From: Chrysemys picta bellii
Taxonomy: Eukaryota
DNA: 64,000 bases
Reading direction: 5' to 3'
Assembly (NCBI RefSeq): GCF_011386835.1
Contig: NC_088797.1
Span: forward strand, 13,764,001-13,828,000
The notes below the pieces were generated by a model, which saw nothing but the letters and a program-made list of their open reading frames with translations, was not told the origin of the DNA and did no database searches. The position numbers and the translations under genes are program-made. Positions 63,476 through 64,000 of the stretch are shown here, in pieces. How positions within the stretch are numbered: position 1 is the first letter of the stretch; every line of letters starts with the position of its first letter.

Positions 63476-63660
63476 AGGAGGGATAACTCAGTGGTTTGAG
63501 CATTGGCCTGCTAAACCCAGAGTTGTGAGTTCAATCCTTGAGAGGGCCATTTAGGGATCTGGGGCAAAAATCTGTCTGGGGATTGGTCCTACTTTGAGCA
63601 GGGGGTTGGACTAGATGACCTCCTGAGGTCCCTTCCAACCCTGATATTCTATGAATCTAT
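63476..63660 (+). mobile_element. Tortoise polIII/SINE (tRNA-derived head + CR1 3' tail)
   Basis: A-box ggataactcagtggtttgagc, B-box gagttcaatcc; tail nearly identical to the CR1 3'UTR (gggggttggactagatgacctcctgaggtcccttccaaccc...attctatgaatctat). Confidence 0.93.
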
Positions 63661-63769
63661 ATGTTATATTTTTAAACAGACACCTAACAATTTTTATGCC
63701 ACATTTTGCAAGCTAATTACCCATGTGGCATAGTTATTTACGATATCATTCATGCCTGGCCAATAGAGT

Positions 63770-64000
63770 CAGGGCCGGCTCCAGGCACCAACACAGCAAG
63801 CAGGTGCTTGGGGCGGCACATCGGGCTCTTCAGCGGCAATTCGGCGGCGGGTCCCTCAGTCCCTCTCAGAGGGAAGGACCTGCCGCCGAAGTGCCACCAA
63901 AGAAGATAGCAGTGGGGTGGAGCTACCGCCGAAATGCCACCGATCGCGATCGTGGCTTTTTTCTTTTTTTTTTCCCGCCGCTTGGGACGGCAAAAACCCT
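63770..64000. mobile_element. hAT-type MITE (CAGGGCCGGCTCC family), cut off by the window end
   Basis: cagggccggctccaggcacc...gcttgggacggcaaaaaccct, same body as the 34707 copy. Confidence 0.88.

Noticed and set aside
48829-64000. Next CNTN4 coding exon (first Ig domain, ...LHGPIF...)
   Set aside because: Not found in the ORF track or by eye; it presumably lies beyond the window, consistent with the large contactin introns.

Overview
Vertebrate genomic DNA, almost certainly a turtle: it carries a tRNA-head/CR1-tail polIII SINE of the tortoise type, PsCR1-like LINEs and turtle-style MITEs. The only host-gene exon I can support is the first coding exon of contactin-4 (CNTN4, + strand; exon 48688-48828, ATG 48774, MRLLWELLVLQSFMLCLA). 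The rest is the large introns flanking that exon, densely filled with transposable elements. These include a young 5'-truncated CR1 with an uninterrupted 765-aa RT ORF, shorter CR1 pieces, five solo LTRs with target-site duplications (TSDs), an RTE-clade relic, a Gypsy integrase relic, many hAT MITEs with 8-bp TSDs, PIF/Harbinger-like hairpin MITEs, MIR-type SINEs, a Penelope-like inverted repeat and a probable LF-SINE relic. I found no clear-cut new biological system. The most unusual observations are: (1) two inverted CR1 copies 11 kb apart with the same 5' truncation point and shared private variants; (2) a hAT MITE sitting exactly at a ~1.2-kb deletion junction in an RTE element, with non-matching flanks; (3) a sense solo LTR with splice donors 2 kb upstream of the self-contained ATG exon; (4) a CR1 RT ORF that has captured an in-frame ATG from flanking DNA; (5) a hAT MITE with an expanded G-rich 35-bp minisatellite inserted on an LTR terminus. 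Family names come from remembered consensus features, not from database searches.
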